In this document: positions 43,640-57,081 of the stretch, one piece after another
Position numbering within the stretch: position 1 is the stretch's first letter
How the letters are laid out: every line of letters begins with the position of its first letter
DNA from: Eledone cirrhosa
Lineage: Eukaryota
Assembly (NCBI GenBank): GCA_964016885.1
Contig: OZ024743.1
Span: 105,338,001 to 105,402,000 of the forward strand
DNA: 64,000 nucleotides
Direction: 5' to 3'
The notes under the pieces: model-generated
What the model was told of the DNA's origin: nothing
The model's input: only the letters and a program-made list of their open reading frames with translations
The model's database searches: none
Program-made: the position numbers and the translations under genes

Positions 43640-44387
43640 CTATCTTTCTGTTTCTCTATCTATCTATCTTCCTGGCTGTCTATTCTCTCTCTCTCTCTCT
43701 CTAGCTATCCCTCTCTCTCTCTCTATATATATATGTGTGTGTGTGTAGGAGAAATATATGCTTGAGTATGCGTTCCGTTTTTTCGATGTGTCGCTTGGTA
43801 TAGAAATTCCTGGGAGGAAATGCAATGTTCTACATCGAAATGTAAGTTATAAAGGGAAAGTTTTGTGTATTAACAGATAACGACCCGTTGTATCAGCAGC
43901 CTCATAATATGGTCAGAATCATAAGTTCCGACTAATGTCGAAAACACGATTCGTGTTTTTACATGAAATAACACAAGTAATGGCTCTGTTACCTATACTC
44001 AAATAGGAGAACGATTGGGTGATATAAGAAACGTAGTTACCCAGTAGTTGCGAGGAAATTCATAATGTAATTTATATAGATTCATTCAAATATTGCCTTA
44101 CTTCGTCACTATACACTGATTTGTTTTTGTATGGGCATATAGGATTTGTCGCTTGAACAAAAACCTATATACTCGGAGTATTCATGGAAGGAATAGTCAG
44201 CTTTATACCATAATCGCGGTCGATAGATTTAATTGGCCAGAAGACATAGAGCCCTCTGCTTGATGAAAACATATGCAATATTTATCCGCCATCACAATAC
44301 GATAGCCTGAATAAGAGTTCTGGAGTACAATACAGATGATAAACGTTTTCAGGAAACTAACTAAGGAAATATCAAAGAATTGGTAGC

Positions 44388-44388
<1 letters not shown>

Positions 44389-44424
<36 letters not shown>

Positions 44425-47400
44425 GTTCTTTGAGTCTCAGTCATTGATGTTAGTTAACTGGAAAGTTTGTTGAAATGAATATCAATCCACTACCTGCAGC
44501 CTCAGATATTCAGGACGTATCGGAGGGTTCTTGCCGTTCCCAGCAAGCATGCATTTTGAAGCGTTCCAAAAAGCGGGGCGGGGCCAATTTTCTTTAACCA
44601 TCCCTGGAAACTTTTTGAGATAGTACCTAGTGCGCCTATGACAATCGGGACCACTTTGACTTCATGGCAGTTCCAAATCCTTTTTACCTCCCACTTTAAG
44701 TCCTGGTATCGGTTAATTCTCTCCCTGCCCTTCTCTTGCACTCTCGTGTCAAATGGGCAGGGCACATCCACAATCTGGCACGATCTTTTTTCCTTGTTCA
44801 AAACCACCAGGTCAGTTTCTTGTCCGTCTGTATCCTAAAATCCTATAGCACCTTCACCTGATCGTTTTCTTTCACCGACTCTCAGAATGTGGTAAGTTGT
44901 TTACTTTGCATAGGTGCCAGTGGATCACCCTGCCCATCACATCATGTCTCCAGCCCTTATAATGAGTCTGGGTTAGGTATTTACACTCGGATACAATGTG
45001 AGCCACAGTCTCCTCTCTCCACAGAATCCTGCACAGTGAGCTAGCCTTCTCCTTGTAAATATGGTGTTTCAACCACTTCGTTTTGAGGGCCTGCTCTTGC
45101 GCAGCCATTAACATTCCTTCTGTAGCCTTTTTAAGGTCTCCTCTTTTCAACCAGTTCCATGTCTGTGGTTCTCTGAATTCAGTTTTCTCAAAGAAGGTAC
45201 TATGAAGGGATTTTTTATGAAGGCTGCTCTTTCTCCTTGTTGTTATTTCCTCCTTGGACATCCTCTGGTCTATTATCCTCTCCTTCAGTACGATTCTGAG
45301 CATTGGCTCCTTACTATCAGTCACGTATTTGTGTAGGTTGTTTTTCTCCATCTGAACACAGTCCTCTATGCTGATAAGACCTCTTCCACCTTCAGATCTC
45401 CTTAAGTAGAGTCTATCGACATCACTCCTCTTGTGGAACATATTGTAGATAGTCAATAGCTTAGCTTTCTAGTCTTCCCATCCATTTCTTTTTGTTCAGC
45501 AACATTCCATGTCAGAATTCCCGCACTGTACCTAATAATAGACACAGCTCGGGAATTTACTGCACTTATGGCATTCCTACTGTTTAGATGTGACGTTAAT
45601 ACGCTCCTTACTCTCCGAATTTATTCAGATCTTATCAATTCCTTCATTTTTTTGTTCTTGATGTCATCAGCCTCCAGAACACCCAAATACTTGTATCCTT
45701 CTTCAGTGTCAATTTGCTTTATCATCTCACCTGTTGGTACCTGGATTCCGTTACTTCTGCTCAACTTACCCCTCCTCATCACAAGGACTCCACACTTACT
45801 AATACTAAATTACATACATATATCATTGCTGAAAATACGGACAGTGTCAACAAGCACATCCAACTCCTCACTCTTCCCGAAGAGCTTAAGATCGTCCAAG
45901 AAGAGGAGGTGATTGATGGTAAGCTCTCCCTTTCCCATCTTGCTTCCTGCTCTCACCTTTCGCAGTATAATGGTCAGGGGCATCAGGGCAAGGACAAACA
46001 ACAGAGGGGACAGACTATCTCCCTGGAAGATACCTCTCTTGATCTTCACGCCTCCCAAGGATACTCCAGCTGATGTTAACTCAGTCTTCCAGCACTTCAT
46101 ACTTTTGCCCAACAACTGTCTGATGTTATCTGCCACCTTGAAGATCTCCAGGCTTTTGGTCATCCAAGAATAAGGCACCATGTCAAATGCCTTTTTGTAG
46201 TCTATCCATCCCATGGCAAGACCAGTGTGTCTCCTCTTGCAATTCCTCATTACCATCTTATCTATAAGTAACTGGTCCTTTGTACCACGTGACTTCTTTC
46301 GGCATCCCTTCTGTTCATCCGGTAACAAGTTGTTTGTGTGGAGGTGATGGTAGATTTCCTCAGACATAATGCTTGTTAACAGTTTCCACATTACAGACAG
46401 ACATGTGATAGGTCTATAGTTGGTAACATCATTACCCTTGATTCGGTCTTTCATTACCAGAACTGTGGTACCTTTTGTCAACCACTCTGGTACCTCACCT
46501 GACATCAAGCAGTCATTGAACATGGTTGTCAGTTTCGGGTGGAGGGATGTTATATTTTTAATCCAATACCCCTGCACACCATCTGGGCCTGGTGATTTCC
46601 AGTTGGTTAGTTTTTTGGCCTGCCCCTTAAGAGTTTCAACTGTGATACTCAAATCAGTTTGTTGGTGTGCCTGTTCACTGATCTCCTTTTGTACTGTCTC
46701 AATCCACACTGCCTGGTCATTATGTTTAATAACCTGCTCCCATATTCCTCTCCAGAATGTCTTAGTTTGTTCCGCCTCAGGGATAAAGTCGTTGCCTCTT
46801 TCTTTCCCTTCAAGCTGTCCAAACAGCATCTTCTGGTTGTTGTCAAACATGCGGTTCTGTCTATACTGACTGACTCTCCTCTCGTATCGCCTAATGTTTG
46901 CACTCTTTGCTACAATGCTTTGCTTCAGTTCCTCTATGATAATGTTTAGCTTTTTCCTCCTAGTTTTGTACTTTATTTCCAGTCTATTTTTAGTGTCTAT
47001 GTTTTTTAGTGTCCCATTTAGTAGGGGTCAAGCTTTCCAATGTCATTTCTCATTTCCCTGATTTGACCACTCAGTCGTTTCTTCCACCAAGGTTCTGAGC
47101 TTTCTTGTTTGTTGTTTCCTCTCGCTTTTATGCCAAGTAATTTCCTCACCGCATTTGCTGTTGCTTTTAGGATATTGTTGCACTGGTGAAGGCTCCTCGC
47201 CTCAAGGTATGGGATGACTTTGTTTACCTTAGCTGCTGTTTCTTTTAACTTTTTCCTGTCTACAAATCCTAGGTTCATAGGTTTCCCAATATCATTGTTC
47301 AATTCATCTACCACTAAGTTTAGAATATCAACCAAATCTTGTCCTAGCCCGTCAGCATTCATCTCCTCAATGGCCGTATCTTTGTTCCAGGTATTATTTA

Positions 47401-47900
47401 TTTCAGCATTCAGATCATTGTCTGCTTCGGATGGTTCCTCCGTTCTCTCAACCCCTTCACCTTCAATTCCCACTGGCTCGTTTGCCTGGCATACTCCACT
47501 CTCCATTTCCAACCTAATCTCTCTGCTCAGTTCCTCCAGTTCCAGCTCGCTTATCCACCGATTAGTTCTTATTACCCGAGCCTGCCCGGCCTATTTTTGT
47601 TCATCTAATTTAAATAGACCAATCTCGTTCCAGATGTTATGCATCCGTTTCCTTGGGGTTACTCTTCAGGTAACATTGCATAACAGTTCTATTCAATCCT
47701 TTCGTCCAGTTGGTTCTGGTCCCTTTCCTTCTTCTTCTTCCTCCGACACCAGCAGTATTTGGTTGATAGCCAGGTCCCTGCTGCTGAGCCAGGGACACCT
47801 GCTGGGTGAGAGTCTGTCACATGAAATTCCAGTCTCCACTTCAACGTTATTCGAACTGTTTAGGTTCGACATTTAAACACTCTTATCGAGGAATGGTGAA
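44389..47900 (-). mobile_element. R4/Dong-type non-LTR retrotransposon copy 1 (RT, CCHC, restriction-like endonuclease), near full length, frameshifted
   Basis: N-terminal WT..LN..VMQCY; [49 protein letters not shown]...Y.DL..E; 3' (TAA)n tail at about 44389-44425; 5' boundary uncertain. Confidence 0.92.
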
Positions 47901-48797
47901 TGTATGGTTACATAACCACCGGTGATTTCATCACCCCCGGTGATTTTAGTGTGGCACTATCACGCTGTAGACGAACATAAATAAAAAAACAAACAAATAG
48001 GTAAAAAAAACAACAAAAAGAATAAGCATAAGTTTCATTGTAATGTAATGTTTGAATGTCTGACTTAGTTTTTTTCCTTCTCTGTCTGTCTGTTTGTTTT
48101 TCTTTTCTTTTTTCTTTTCTTTACGTTTTTCGTTGTTGCTGTGCTGTTTTGATTTTGATTTTTGGTTTTTTGATTTTTTGACCGGGTCATCAAATCAGTA
48201 TATTTATATCTTTTGATGCCTTCCTCTTTTAGTGGGGACACTACGATGCATGTCTTAGCAGGAAGTAGTGGGAGAGAATAGCGGCGGTAGTGATAATGAG
48301 GCAGTGGTGGTGGTGCTGTGCTAGTAGTACTTAGCAGGAGGTAGTGGGAGAGAATAGCGGCGGTAGCGATAATGAAGCAGTGGTGGTGGTGATGTGATCG
48401 TAGTACTGTAGTGATGGTGTTGAAGTTGAAGTAGAAATAGAAGTTGAGGTAACTTGACTAGGGTTTTTGGCGTGGTAGTGGTGATGGTGGCGGTGGTGGT
48501 GTTGGTGGTGAAATTATTTGCCTGTCTGTCCACTTGCCATTTAGCCATTTTGCCATTTTCCTCTTTTTCGACTATAACATTTCTGATCCAATATTAAATA
48601 TTAAATATTGGGGCCCTATGCCGTAAAGTGATGCGTTGTGGCTTGCTGAGCGTTAAAACTATAATCTTATACTTCTTTTGTAATAAGAATTATTCTATCA
48701 CAGTTGTTTTATATAAGTAAAAATCAAAAATTACGGGAGCGATTCCATAACGATATATATCCACCATCTGCATTTTCTTCCCTTATTATTTCTCCCC

Positions 48798-48838
<41 letters not shown>

Positions 48839-49217
48839 GGCGACCTACGTAGTAAATCGTATCATCGTGAGCTCCGCAAAGGTTTGTTATTTCCGTTTGT
48901 TAAAAATTGCCATTTATGGAAAATTTTATTGTTAACTGTTTATAAGCACACATACATTGTTTTCCGAAAAGGACACACAAAAAGATTAGGGCCTTGTGCC
49001 CAAAATTTTAACTTTTATTATTATCCAAAAATTTCTTTGAAAAAAAATTGCTAATTCCCCTCTGCACGAAGCAGCTGAAAGCCTTCCTCACAAAATAACA
49101 CCTCACACCGACACCACCATTGTAAATGTTACTACGTTTGCCAACACAAAAAAAAATATAAGCAGTAGCAATATTTTAAATTTGTCTCAGGCAGACATTC
49201 ATTTCCCGCCATTACCA

Positions 49218-51014
49218 ATGACTGTAGGTGTTAAAGCCTCCACCACCACCACCACCGCGACAACCACCACCCCCACCACCACCGCGACAACAGAAACAAA
49301 AGAAGAAAAAAATAAATTAACTCGTGATGTCGAAATGAAATCAAGCAAAATGAACTCTTCCGCACCAAAGACGACTGACGTCACCACCACCACAACTGAA
49401 ACTAAAATTAATATTAACACAAATAACGATAGCAACAACAACAACAATGACATTATAAAACCGACCCTCAGTTTCGCCATAGTAGCAAAACAATTCGAAG
49501 CATTCACGGTAACTCAAGAGGATTTAGAAAATGCCAAACAAATGGTAAAGAAAGATGGCTACAGGGTCAGCCTCACCCCCCACCTAATAACATGGAGCAT
49601 CGGCGCCTATGCACCGTGTCGTATAGAACAATAAATGTAAAATCGCGCCGAGTGGAACGGGCATCCGAGTCCCAAATCCAAAAAGCTTTGGGACATGTGT
49701 GGGCAAGAAAAACCCACATCAGACGTGGGCAAAAGTATGGAACCGTGGATGTGTTCTTTGAAACACCAGAGGAGGCTAGAGAACACTCCATTGTCCCATT
49801 AAAAAGTGACGACTTCACACTCGTCCCAAGCTATTGTGGCCAGAGACTCGTAAAGATCAGGGTGACCCACGTTCCACCGGCCATCGAAATTCCCTGGCTA
49901 ATAGCGGCTGTCCTCGCCAGCATCGAAGCCAACACGAAAATAATAGCAATAGCAAAAGAAAAGCAGGAAAACTGGTCCGGATCTGGGATGGAGCTCCTAA
50001 TCCAAGCGGACCAAAAACACATTGAGGAGATCCCAGAGGTAATAGACCTCACTGACGGCAGCCACCTCACGGAAATTGTCGAGGGCAGAAGACCTAGGTG
50101 TGTCGTTTGTGGTGAAGGAACCCACCTAAGGGCTTTCTGCCCTCAGGCTAAAAGGTTGAGGCCACCTCTCCTACCACCCCAGTGACACAACCATCAACAC
50201 CACCAGTAGCAGAGATGGCAGCAACAACTGTAGCAGCAACAACAGAAGCAACTATAACAGCAACAACCCCAGCAACAGTAGCAAAACCAACACCACTACC
50301 AGCAAAACCAACACCACCACCACCCAACGCTTCAGAACTAGCACCAGCGCCTACACCATCCACCACACCACAACCAAAACTAACGGCTGTGGAGGATTTT
50401 ACACTCCCCGGCCTATCACAACTGGAGACAGGTTGTGACGACGAGGAGTGGGAAACGATATCCGGAAAAAAAAAAGAAACCAAAAAAGAAAAAATTCTCT
50501 TCCTTCCCCCTCCAAAAACAAAATACAGAGGGAAACAAATAAACTAAGAAACAAAAAAGTTAGGACAGATATGCCACCATCCACACCAGCACCACCAACC
50601 CCATCAACCCAAACACCAACACCATCACCATCATTAACTCCAACACCACCATCACCTACACCACAAAAGTCACCAAAATGCGAAACAGAAACAAACCCAC
50701 AACAAACGCAAACAAAACAAAACAACCAAAACGATACACACTACACAGCATTAACTTTGAACAACAAGCAATTATTACACTACATCCAACACAACACCAG
50801 CATCACAGAAAAAGACTACACAACAACCCCAAAATTCACACCACCTCCACACATACAAATCACTCGCATCACACTAAAACAAAAATTCCCCAAAGACATC
50901 GGAGACTTCCGACAAGCACTCTCCAGGAGGATTTATAAGGACATCCTTCCTGAGGAGGCCACAAGCAGTGAAAAGGATGGAAAAACCGTCCTTCCCCTAC
51001 GAGAAGTAAGGTAA
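49218..51014 (+). pseudogene. Copy D ORF1, split by frameshifts
   Basis: ORFs 49182-49634, 49592-50185 (KYGTVDVFF RRM-like; EGRRPRCVVCGEGTHLRAFC CCHC), 50182-50547 and 50448-51014. Confidence 0.8.
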
Positions 51015-51048
51015 GTGGTCTTTCCCATCTTTTCCACTCCATTTCAAC

Positions 51049-54000
51049 ATGACCTCACTCAGAATAGGCAGCATAAATGCGCGTGGCTTGGAGTCGTCAT
51101 GGAAGCAGGGCCACCTGCTCAACGACCTCAGGTCACTAAACATAGATGTAGTGGCCATCAGCGACACCAGAATCTCCGAAGCACGGGCCTTCGCACCGAT
51201 CTTAGGCGGCTACGATGTGTACGCATCTCCCAGCCGTCCCGGATTGGGGGGAGGAGTTGCTGTGCTTTTTCGGAGAGGTTTGGATCTTGCCATACGGGCC
51301 ATCTTCCTGGACCCAGAAGGTAAGTTGGTGGTGCTGGACGTGACCAGCGGAGACGGGCAAGCTTTCAGGTTAGTGGCCGTCTATGCCCCGACAGGAGCAG
51401 GGCGGCCTGATTTCTTCCGGCGTCTGGAGACCTTTCTTGGAACGTCCCGCTCTTTAGTGTTAGTGGGCGACTGGAACGGGATCTTAGATGCAAGCTGGGA
51501 TTGTGTGGGATTAGTGGATAGGGAAGGAGGGTGCAAGAGTCTCACCAACCTGCTCAGACGTTTTGAACTGTCTGACAGGTACCGAATAGATTTCCCGAAT
51601 GTACCAATGTGGACTTGGACAAATCGCTTAGGGTCATCCAGATCATATCTAGATAGAGTATTTTGTAGGGAAATAGATAGGTCTAACATAGGCTGTCCAC
51701 AATTCAAGATAGTCAGCTACACGGACCACAAATTCGTGATCTGTGTGCTTGACTTAGATAGGCTTCATAGGCGAGGACCCGGCTACTGGAAGCTAAACGC
51801 GTCCTTACCAGCGCGCAAGGCCTACAGAGACCGGATTAGCGAACTAGTTAAGCGGGCGTTGACGGGGGCCATCGTCAACAACAAGTGGTGGTTTGCTCTG
51901 AAAAGAGCAATTAGAATAGAGTCCATTAGGTTTAGTAAGACTTTAGCAATAGAGAAAAATAGAGCAGAGGGAGAACTAGTTAGAAAATTAGATGAGGCGC
52001 TTAGCAAAGGCATCGCGACCGACGTACTTGCGGCGAAATTGGCCCTTGACCAATTCTTCAATGCAAAGCACGAAGGCTGCGTTGTCAGAGCTAGGGTGCG
52101 TGCTCTCAGACACGAGGGGACGAAAGCCGTTCAATGGGCCCGAGTGGCGGAGGCGCGTCGTGGCAACAAAGCCACGATCCGGTCTTTGGTGGACCACGAC
52201 GGGCGCATGCTACTCGATCCCGGGCAAATGTGTGAAGCTTTTCAGCGACACTTCGCTCAACTGTTCGGGGGCAGTGGCGGGGCGGATCGAGGGATGGACT
52301 TTAGTGTCTACCTCGACGGACTGCCGCGGCTTTCGGCCACTGAGGCGGAGTGTTGCGAAAAGCCGATAACAACCGCTGAAGTACGGGATGCAATGACTAG
52401 TTGCACAAGGGGTAAATCGCCTGGTTTGGATGGTCTGCCCTATGAACTTTACGTACAAATGCCAAACTTGTTCGGAGGCCTCTTGGCGGACGTCTACTGC
52501 AACTGGCAACAGAACGGGAGAATTCCCAGCTCTGTGAGCCGAGGAGCGGTGGCGCTGCTGAGAAAGGATCCGAACAAGGGGGATAACATAGATAATTTTA
52601 GGCCCATAACTCTGCTAAACACAGAGTTCAAGATTTTGGCCAAGGTGCTAGCGAAGAGGTTGGCGCTTGTCGTTGGTGGTCTGGTGGGAGAGGCACAGAC
52701 ATGCGCCATTCCCGACAGATCCATCCACGACAACCTCCACCTCATGCGATACATCGTAGAGAGGGTAGCTAGGGAACCTGGCAAGGGTGGGTCTTTGATC
52801 AATTTAGATCAATCGAAAGCCTTCGATAGGGTCGTCCATCGTTACCTAGCGGCAGTCCTGAGGGCGGCTGGCTTTGGGCCCGTCTTCAGAGGCTGGATCG
52901 CTGCCATGCAAAGCGACATCTGCTCTGTAGTGAGAGTGAACGGTCACCTTTCGGAACCGTTCAACATCATGCGCTCGATCCGCCAAGGATGTCCCCTCTC
53001 GTCCCTATTGTACGTATTGACTCTCGAGCTATTACTGCACAAACTGGAGACGTTGAGGGGGGTCCCGCGCGAACTAGGATGCGGAAGATCCGTGTCAGCA
53101 TATGCCGACGATGTCACCGTAGTGGTGTCGAACGCCAAACACATCGAGGCGATCGGCACTACACTAAGAGAATACGAAGCGGTGACAGGAGCAATGATCA
53201 ACCAGGAAAAGTCAGTGGGCCTGCAGCTCGGCACCTGGAGAGGTAGGTCCATGCCGTCCAACAGCGTCGTCGGGCGCTGGACGGACGGACCGGTTAAATT
53301 GCTAGGGGTCTGGTTCGGTCCAGACCTCCAGACGGACAAAAACTGGGACGATGTGACCAGCAGGGTGGCTTCTCTCACCCAGAAATGGGCCGAGAGGAAG
53401 CTATCCCTGAAAGGTCGAGCGGAGGTGGCGAATGCGTACATCGCATCCGTCATCTACTACCGCCTGACCGTCGTACCTTGTCCTAAGCCCCGCCTGACTG
53501 CGCTGGAGCGTTTGCTGTTTCGCTTCTTGTGGAAGGGACGCGCTCCGATGGTCAGGCGGTCCATCTGCTGTCAACACCCGCTACGTGGAGGGCTGGGCAT
53601 GCCGTGGCTGATGATGCGCAGACACGCGCTCAGGCTACGACATCTCCACCTCTTACTCGACGGTGATCAGGTGTGGTCGCCGTTTGCTAGACACGTTTTT
53701 CCCCAGCTCGTCTCCTTGACGGAGCTGCAGTCCTGGGTCAAGCGAAGACCAAGAGGGAGCGCTTGGAGACTGGAATGTCTTCAGGCGCTCACAGCCCTCG
53801 ACCAATCGGGCAATGTGATCGGTGGAAACTCCACCTTGGCGTTCTATAGGGGATTAGTGGAGGGGACGAGCGACGACGTACTTGGAGAAAATCTAGGCGT
53901 CGACGAAAATCAACTAGCCAATCTCTTCGGAAGAACTTTCGGGCCGGGGCCTATGGACAACTTCCAGAAATCCCTGGCCTGGCAGTGCTACCGAGGAGCT

Positions 54001-54462
54001 TTGCCAGTTCGGGATAAACTCTACAGGCATGGAGGTGCCGTCAGCCGGGCATGTCCGAGAGGCGCGCAGGGCGACGAAACCGTCCTGCACGCACTCGTCC
54101 AGTGTCCGAGCATTGCTGACTTGTGGGTTTATGTCGAACACCTGCTGTCACGTGTAGGACGGCTATCAGCTGAGTCCATCGTGAGGATTTCCCCGCCCCC
54201 TTCCTTTAGCCGGGAAGGGCAGGCAGTTTTTATCTGTCTGGTGGCCATGACGAAAGAGATAGTATGGTGGACACGTTTGAAAGGGCTGAAGACGAGCACT
54301 TACCTCTTCGGTGATGCCCTGATTAACTTTTTCAAATTTCATTTGAAAAGGAAAATCAGGGTAGAAAGGGAAGTGCTCTCTTCCCAGCATTTTGTTGAAA
54401 GATGGGTGAGAGAAGCAAGTATGGCCCGAATGAGTGGGCCTTCTCTGAGTATGTGTCTGTAA
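51049..54462 (+). CDS. Copy D ORF2, 1137 aa: AP endonuclease, reverse transcriptase, C-terminal zinc-finger region
   Basis: Uninterrupted ORF; NARGL, GDWN, YLDR, TDHK, KSPGLDGLPYE, NFRPITLLN, RQGCPLS, YADD. Confidence 0.96.
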   Translation: MTSLRIGSINARGLESSWKQGHLLNDLRSLNIDVVAISDTRISEARAFAPILGGYDVYASPSRPGLGGGVAVLFRRGLDLAIRAIFLDPEGKLVVLDVTSGDGQAFRLVAVYAPTGAGRPDFFRRLETFLGTSRSLVLVGDWNGILDASWDCVGLVDREGGCKSLTNLLRRFELSDRYRIDFPNVPMWTWTNRLGSSRSYLDRVFCREIDRSNIGCPQFKIVSYTDHKFVICVLDLDRLHRRGPGYWKLNASLPARKAYRDRISELVKRALTGAIVNNKWWFALKRAIRIESIRFSKTLAIEKNRAEGELVRKLDEALSKGIATDVLAAKLALDQFFNAKHEGCVVRARVRALRHEGTKAVQWARVAEARRGNKATIRSLVDHDGRMLLDPGQMCEAFQRHFAQLFGGSGGADRGMDFSVYLDGLPRLSATEAECCEKPITTAEVRDAMTSCTRGKSPGLDGLPYELYVQMPNLFGGLLADVYCNWQQNGRIPSSVSRGAVALLRKDPNKGDNIDNFRPITLLNTEFKILAKVLAKRLALVVGGLVGEAQTCAIPDRSIHDNLHLMRYIVERVAREPGKGGSLINLDQSKAFDRVVHRYLAAVLRAAGFGPVFRGWIAAMQSDICSVVRVNGHLSEPFNIMRSIRQGCPLSSLLYVLTLELLLHKLETLRGVPRELGCGRSVSAYADDVTVVVSNAKHIEAIGTTLREYEAVTGAMINQEKSVGLQLGTWRGRSMPSNSVVGRWTDGPVKLLGVWFGPDLQTDKNWDDVTSRVASLTQKWAERKLSLKGRAEVANAYIASVIYYRLTVVPCPKPRLTALERLLFRFLWKGRAPMVRRSICCQHPLRGGLGMPWLMMRRHALRLRHLHLLLDGDQVWSPFARHVFPQLVSLTELQSWVKRRPRGSAWRLECLQALTALDQSGNVIGGNSTLAFYRGLVEGTSDDVLGENLGVDENQLANLFGRTFGPGPMDNFQKSLAWQCYRGALPVRDKLYRHGGAVSRACPRGAQGDETVLHALVQCPSIADLWVYVEHLLSRVGRLSAESIVRISPPPSFSREGQAVFICLVAMTKEIVWWTRLKGLKTSTYLFGDALINFFKFHLKRKIRVEREVLSSQHFVERWVREASMARMSGPSLSMCL

Positions 54463-54709
54463 ATTAAAGGTGGAAAACTGGGAGAGGGCACTTGCCCTGG
54501 TGGTCAGGGCCACTGTGGTCTTTTAATGGGCTTTCTCCACAAATGTCCCTCGGAAGTCTCCCCCCTATTGGGGAATTTTTCTTTGTTATTTTATTTCAAC
54601 CTCCGTTTTTTTTACACGCAGAAATGCCCATTTGTACCGTCCTGTATTGTCCTGTACTGTCCTTAATGTCTACTTTATGTAAACCCTTGTGGTTAATAAA
54701 GAAAACATT

Positions 54710-54736
<27 letters not shown>

Positions 54737-54740
<4 letters not shown>

Positions 54741-57011
54741 GTTGAAATGAATATCAAGCCACTACCTGCAGCCTCAGATATTCAGGACGTATCGGAGGGT
54801 TCTTGCTGTTCCCAGCAAGCATGCCTTTTGAAGCGTTCCAAAAAGCGTGAAGGGGCCAATTTTCTTTAACCATCCCTGGAAACTTTTTGAGATAGTCCCT
54901 AGTGCGCCTATGACAATCGGGATCACTTTCACTTCATGGCAGTTCCAAATCCTTTTTACCTCCCACTTTAAGTCCTGGTATCGGTTAATTTTCTCCCTCT
55001 CCTTCTCTTGCACTCTCGTGTCGAATGGGCTGGCCACATCCGCAATCAGGCACGATCTTTTTTCTTTGTCCACAACCACCAGGTCAGGTCTATTGTGTTC
55101 CAGTTTCTTGTCCGTCTGTATCCTAAAATCCCACAGCACCTTCACCTGATCGTTTTCTATCACCGCCTCTGGCTTATGCTCATACCACTTCTCAGAATGT
55201 GGTAAATTGTTTACTTTGCATAGGTGCCAGTGGATCACCCTGCCCATCACATCATGTCTCCAGCCCTTATAATGAGTCTGGGCTAGGTGTTTACACTCGG
55301 ATACAATGTGAGCCACAGTGTCCTCTCTCTCTCCACAGATCCTGCACAGTGGGCTAGCCTCCTCTTTGTAAATGTGGTGTTTCAACCACTTCGTTTTGAG
55401 GGCCTGCTCCTGCGCAGCCATTAACATTCCTTCTGTAGCCTTTTTAAGGTCTCCTCTTTTCAACCAGTTCCATGTCTGTGGATCTCTAAATTTAGTTTTC
55501 TCAAAGAAGGTACTATGAAGGGATTTTTCCTGAAGGCTGCTTTTTCTCCTTGATGTTATTTCCTCCTTGGACATCCCCTGGCCTATTGTCCCCTCCTTCA
55601 GTACGATTCTGAGCATTGGCTCCTTACTATCAGTCACGTATTTGTGTAGGTTGTTTTTCTCCATCTGAACACACTCCTCTATGCTGATAAGACCCCTTCC
55701 ACCTTCAGATCTCCTTAAGTAGGGTCTATCGACATTACTCCTCTTGTGGACCATGTTGTAGATAGTCAATAGCTTCCTAGTCTTCCTATCCATTTCTTTT
55801 TGTTCAGCAACATTCCATGTCAGAATTCCCGCACTGTACCTAATAATAGACACAGCTCGGGAATTTACTGCACTTATGTCATTCCTACTGTTCAGATGGG
55901 ACTTTAATACGCTCCTTACTCTCCGAATGTATTCAGTTCTTATCAATTCCTTCATTTTTTTGTTCTTTATGTCATCAGCCTCCAGAACGCCGAAATACTT
56001 GTATCCTTGGTACCTGGATTCCGTTACTTCTGCTCAACTTACCCCTCCTCATCACAATGACTCAACACTTACTAATACCAAATTGCATACATATATCATT
56101 GCTGAAAATACGGACAGTGTCAACAAGCACATCCAACTCCTTCACACTCTTACCGAAGAGCTTAAGATCGTCCATGAAGAGGAGGTGATTGATGGTAAGC
56201 CCTCCCTTTCCCAACCTGTATCCTGCTCTCACTTTTCGCAGTACACTGGTCAGGGGCATCAGGGCAAGGACAAACAACAGAAGGGACAGACTATCTCCCT
56301 GGAAGATACCTCTCTTGATCTTCACGTTTTCCAAGGATTCTCCAGTTGATGTTAACTCTGTTTCCCAGGACTTCATACTTTTGCCCAACAACTGTCTGAT
56401 GTTATCTGCCACCTTGAAGATCTCCAGGCTTTTGGTCATCCAAGAATAAGGCACCATGTCAAATGCCTTTTTGTAGTCTATCAATCCCATGGCAAGACAA
56501 GTGTTTCTCCTCTTGCAATTCCTCATTACCATCTTATCAATAAGTAACTGGTCCTTTGTACCACGTGACTTCTTTCGGCATCCCTTCTGTTCGTCCGGTA
56601 ACAAGTTGTTTGTATGGAGGTGATGGTAGATTTCCTCAGACATAATGCTTGTCAACAGTTTCCACATTACGGACAGACATGTGATAGGTCATTACCCTTG
56701 ATTCGGTCTTTCATTATCAGAACTGTGGTACCTTTTGTCAACCACTCTGGTACCTCACCTGACATCAAGCAGTCATTGAACATGGTTGTCAGTTTCGGGT
56801 GGAGGGATGTTATATTTTTAATCCATACCCCTGCACACCATCTGGGCCTGGTGATTTCCAGTTGGTTAGTTTTTTGGCCTGCCCCTTAAGAGTTTCAACT
56901 GTGATACTCAAATCAGTTTGTTGGTGTGCCTGTTCACTAATCTCCTTCTGTACTGTCTCAATCCACACTGCCTGGTCATTATGTTTAACATCCTGCTCCC
57001 ATATTCCTCTC

Positions 57012-57072
<61 letters not shown>
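54737..57072 (-). mobile_element. R4/Dong-type copy 2, 5'-truncated at about 57012, (TAA)n on both sides
   Basis: Highly similar to copy 1; HLLFMDD, CRICGEREDTVAHIVSEC, HNRPDLVVVD...DVASPFD (PD..D endonuclease). Confidence 0.94.
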
Positions 57073-57081
57073 TGATAATTG

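Larger units (their letters stand above)
48839..54736 (+). mobile_element. L1/Tx1-type LINE copy D (diverged family), full length, flanked by (TTA)n on both sides
   Basis: (TTA)n at about 48798-48838 and 54707-54736; ORF1 pieces; intact ORF2; AATAAA at 54695. Confidence 0.95.

Noticed and set aside
47900-47960. Hairpin with TGATGAAA near the Dong 5' end as a ribozyme
   Set aside because: Simple hairpin only; fits neither hammerhead nor HDV topology by eye
47976-48600. Short ORF 48321-48548 and ~60-bp duplication between Dong copy 1 and LINE D
   Set aside because: Low complexity; may be a long Dong 5'UTR but cannot be assigned
51381-54513. Multiple antisense ORFs over LINE ORF2 sequences
   Set aside because: Expected shadow ORFs of GC-richer coding DNA
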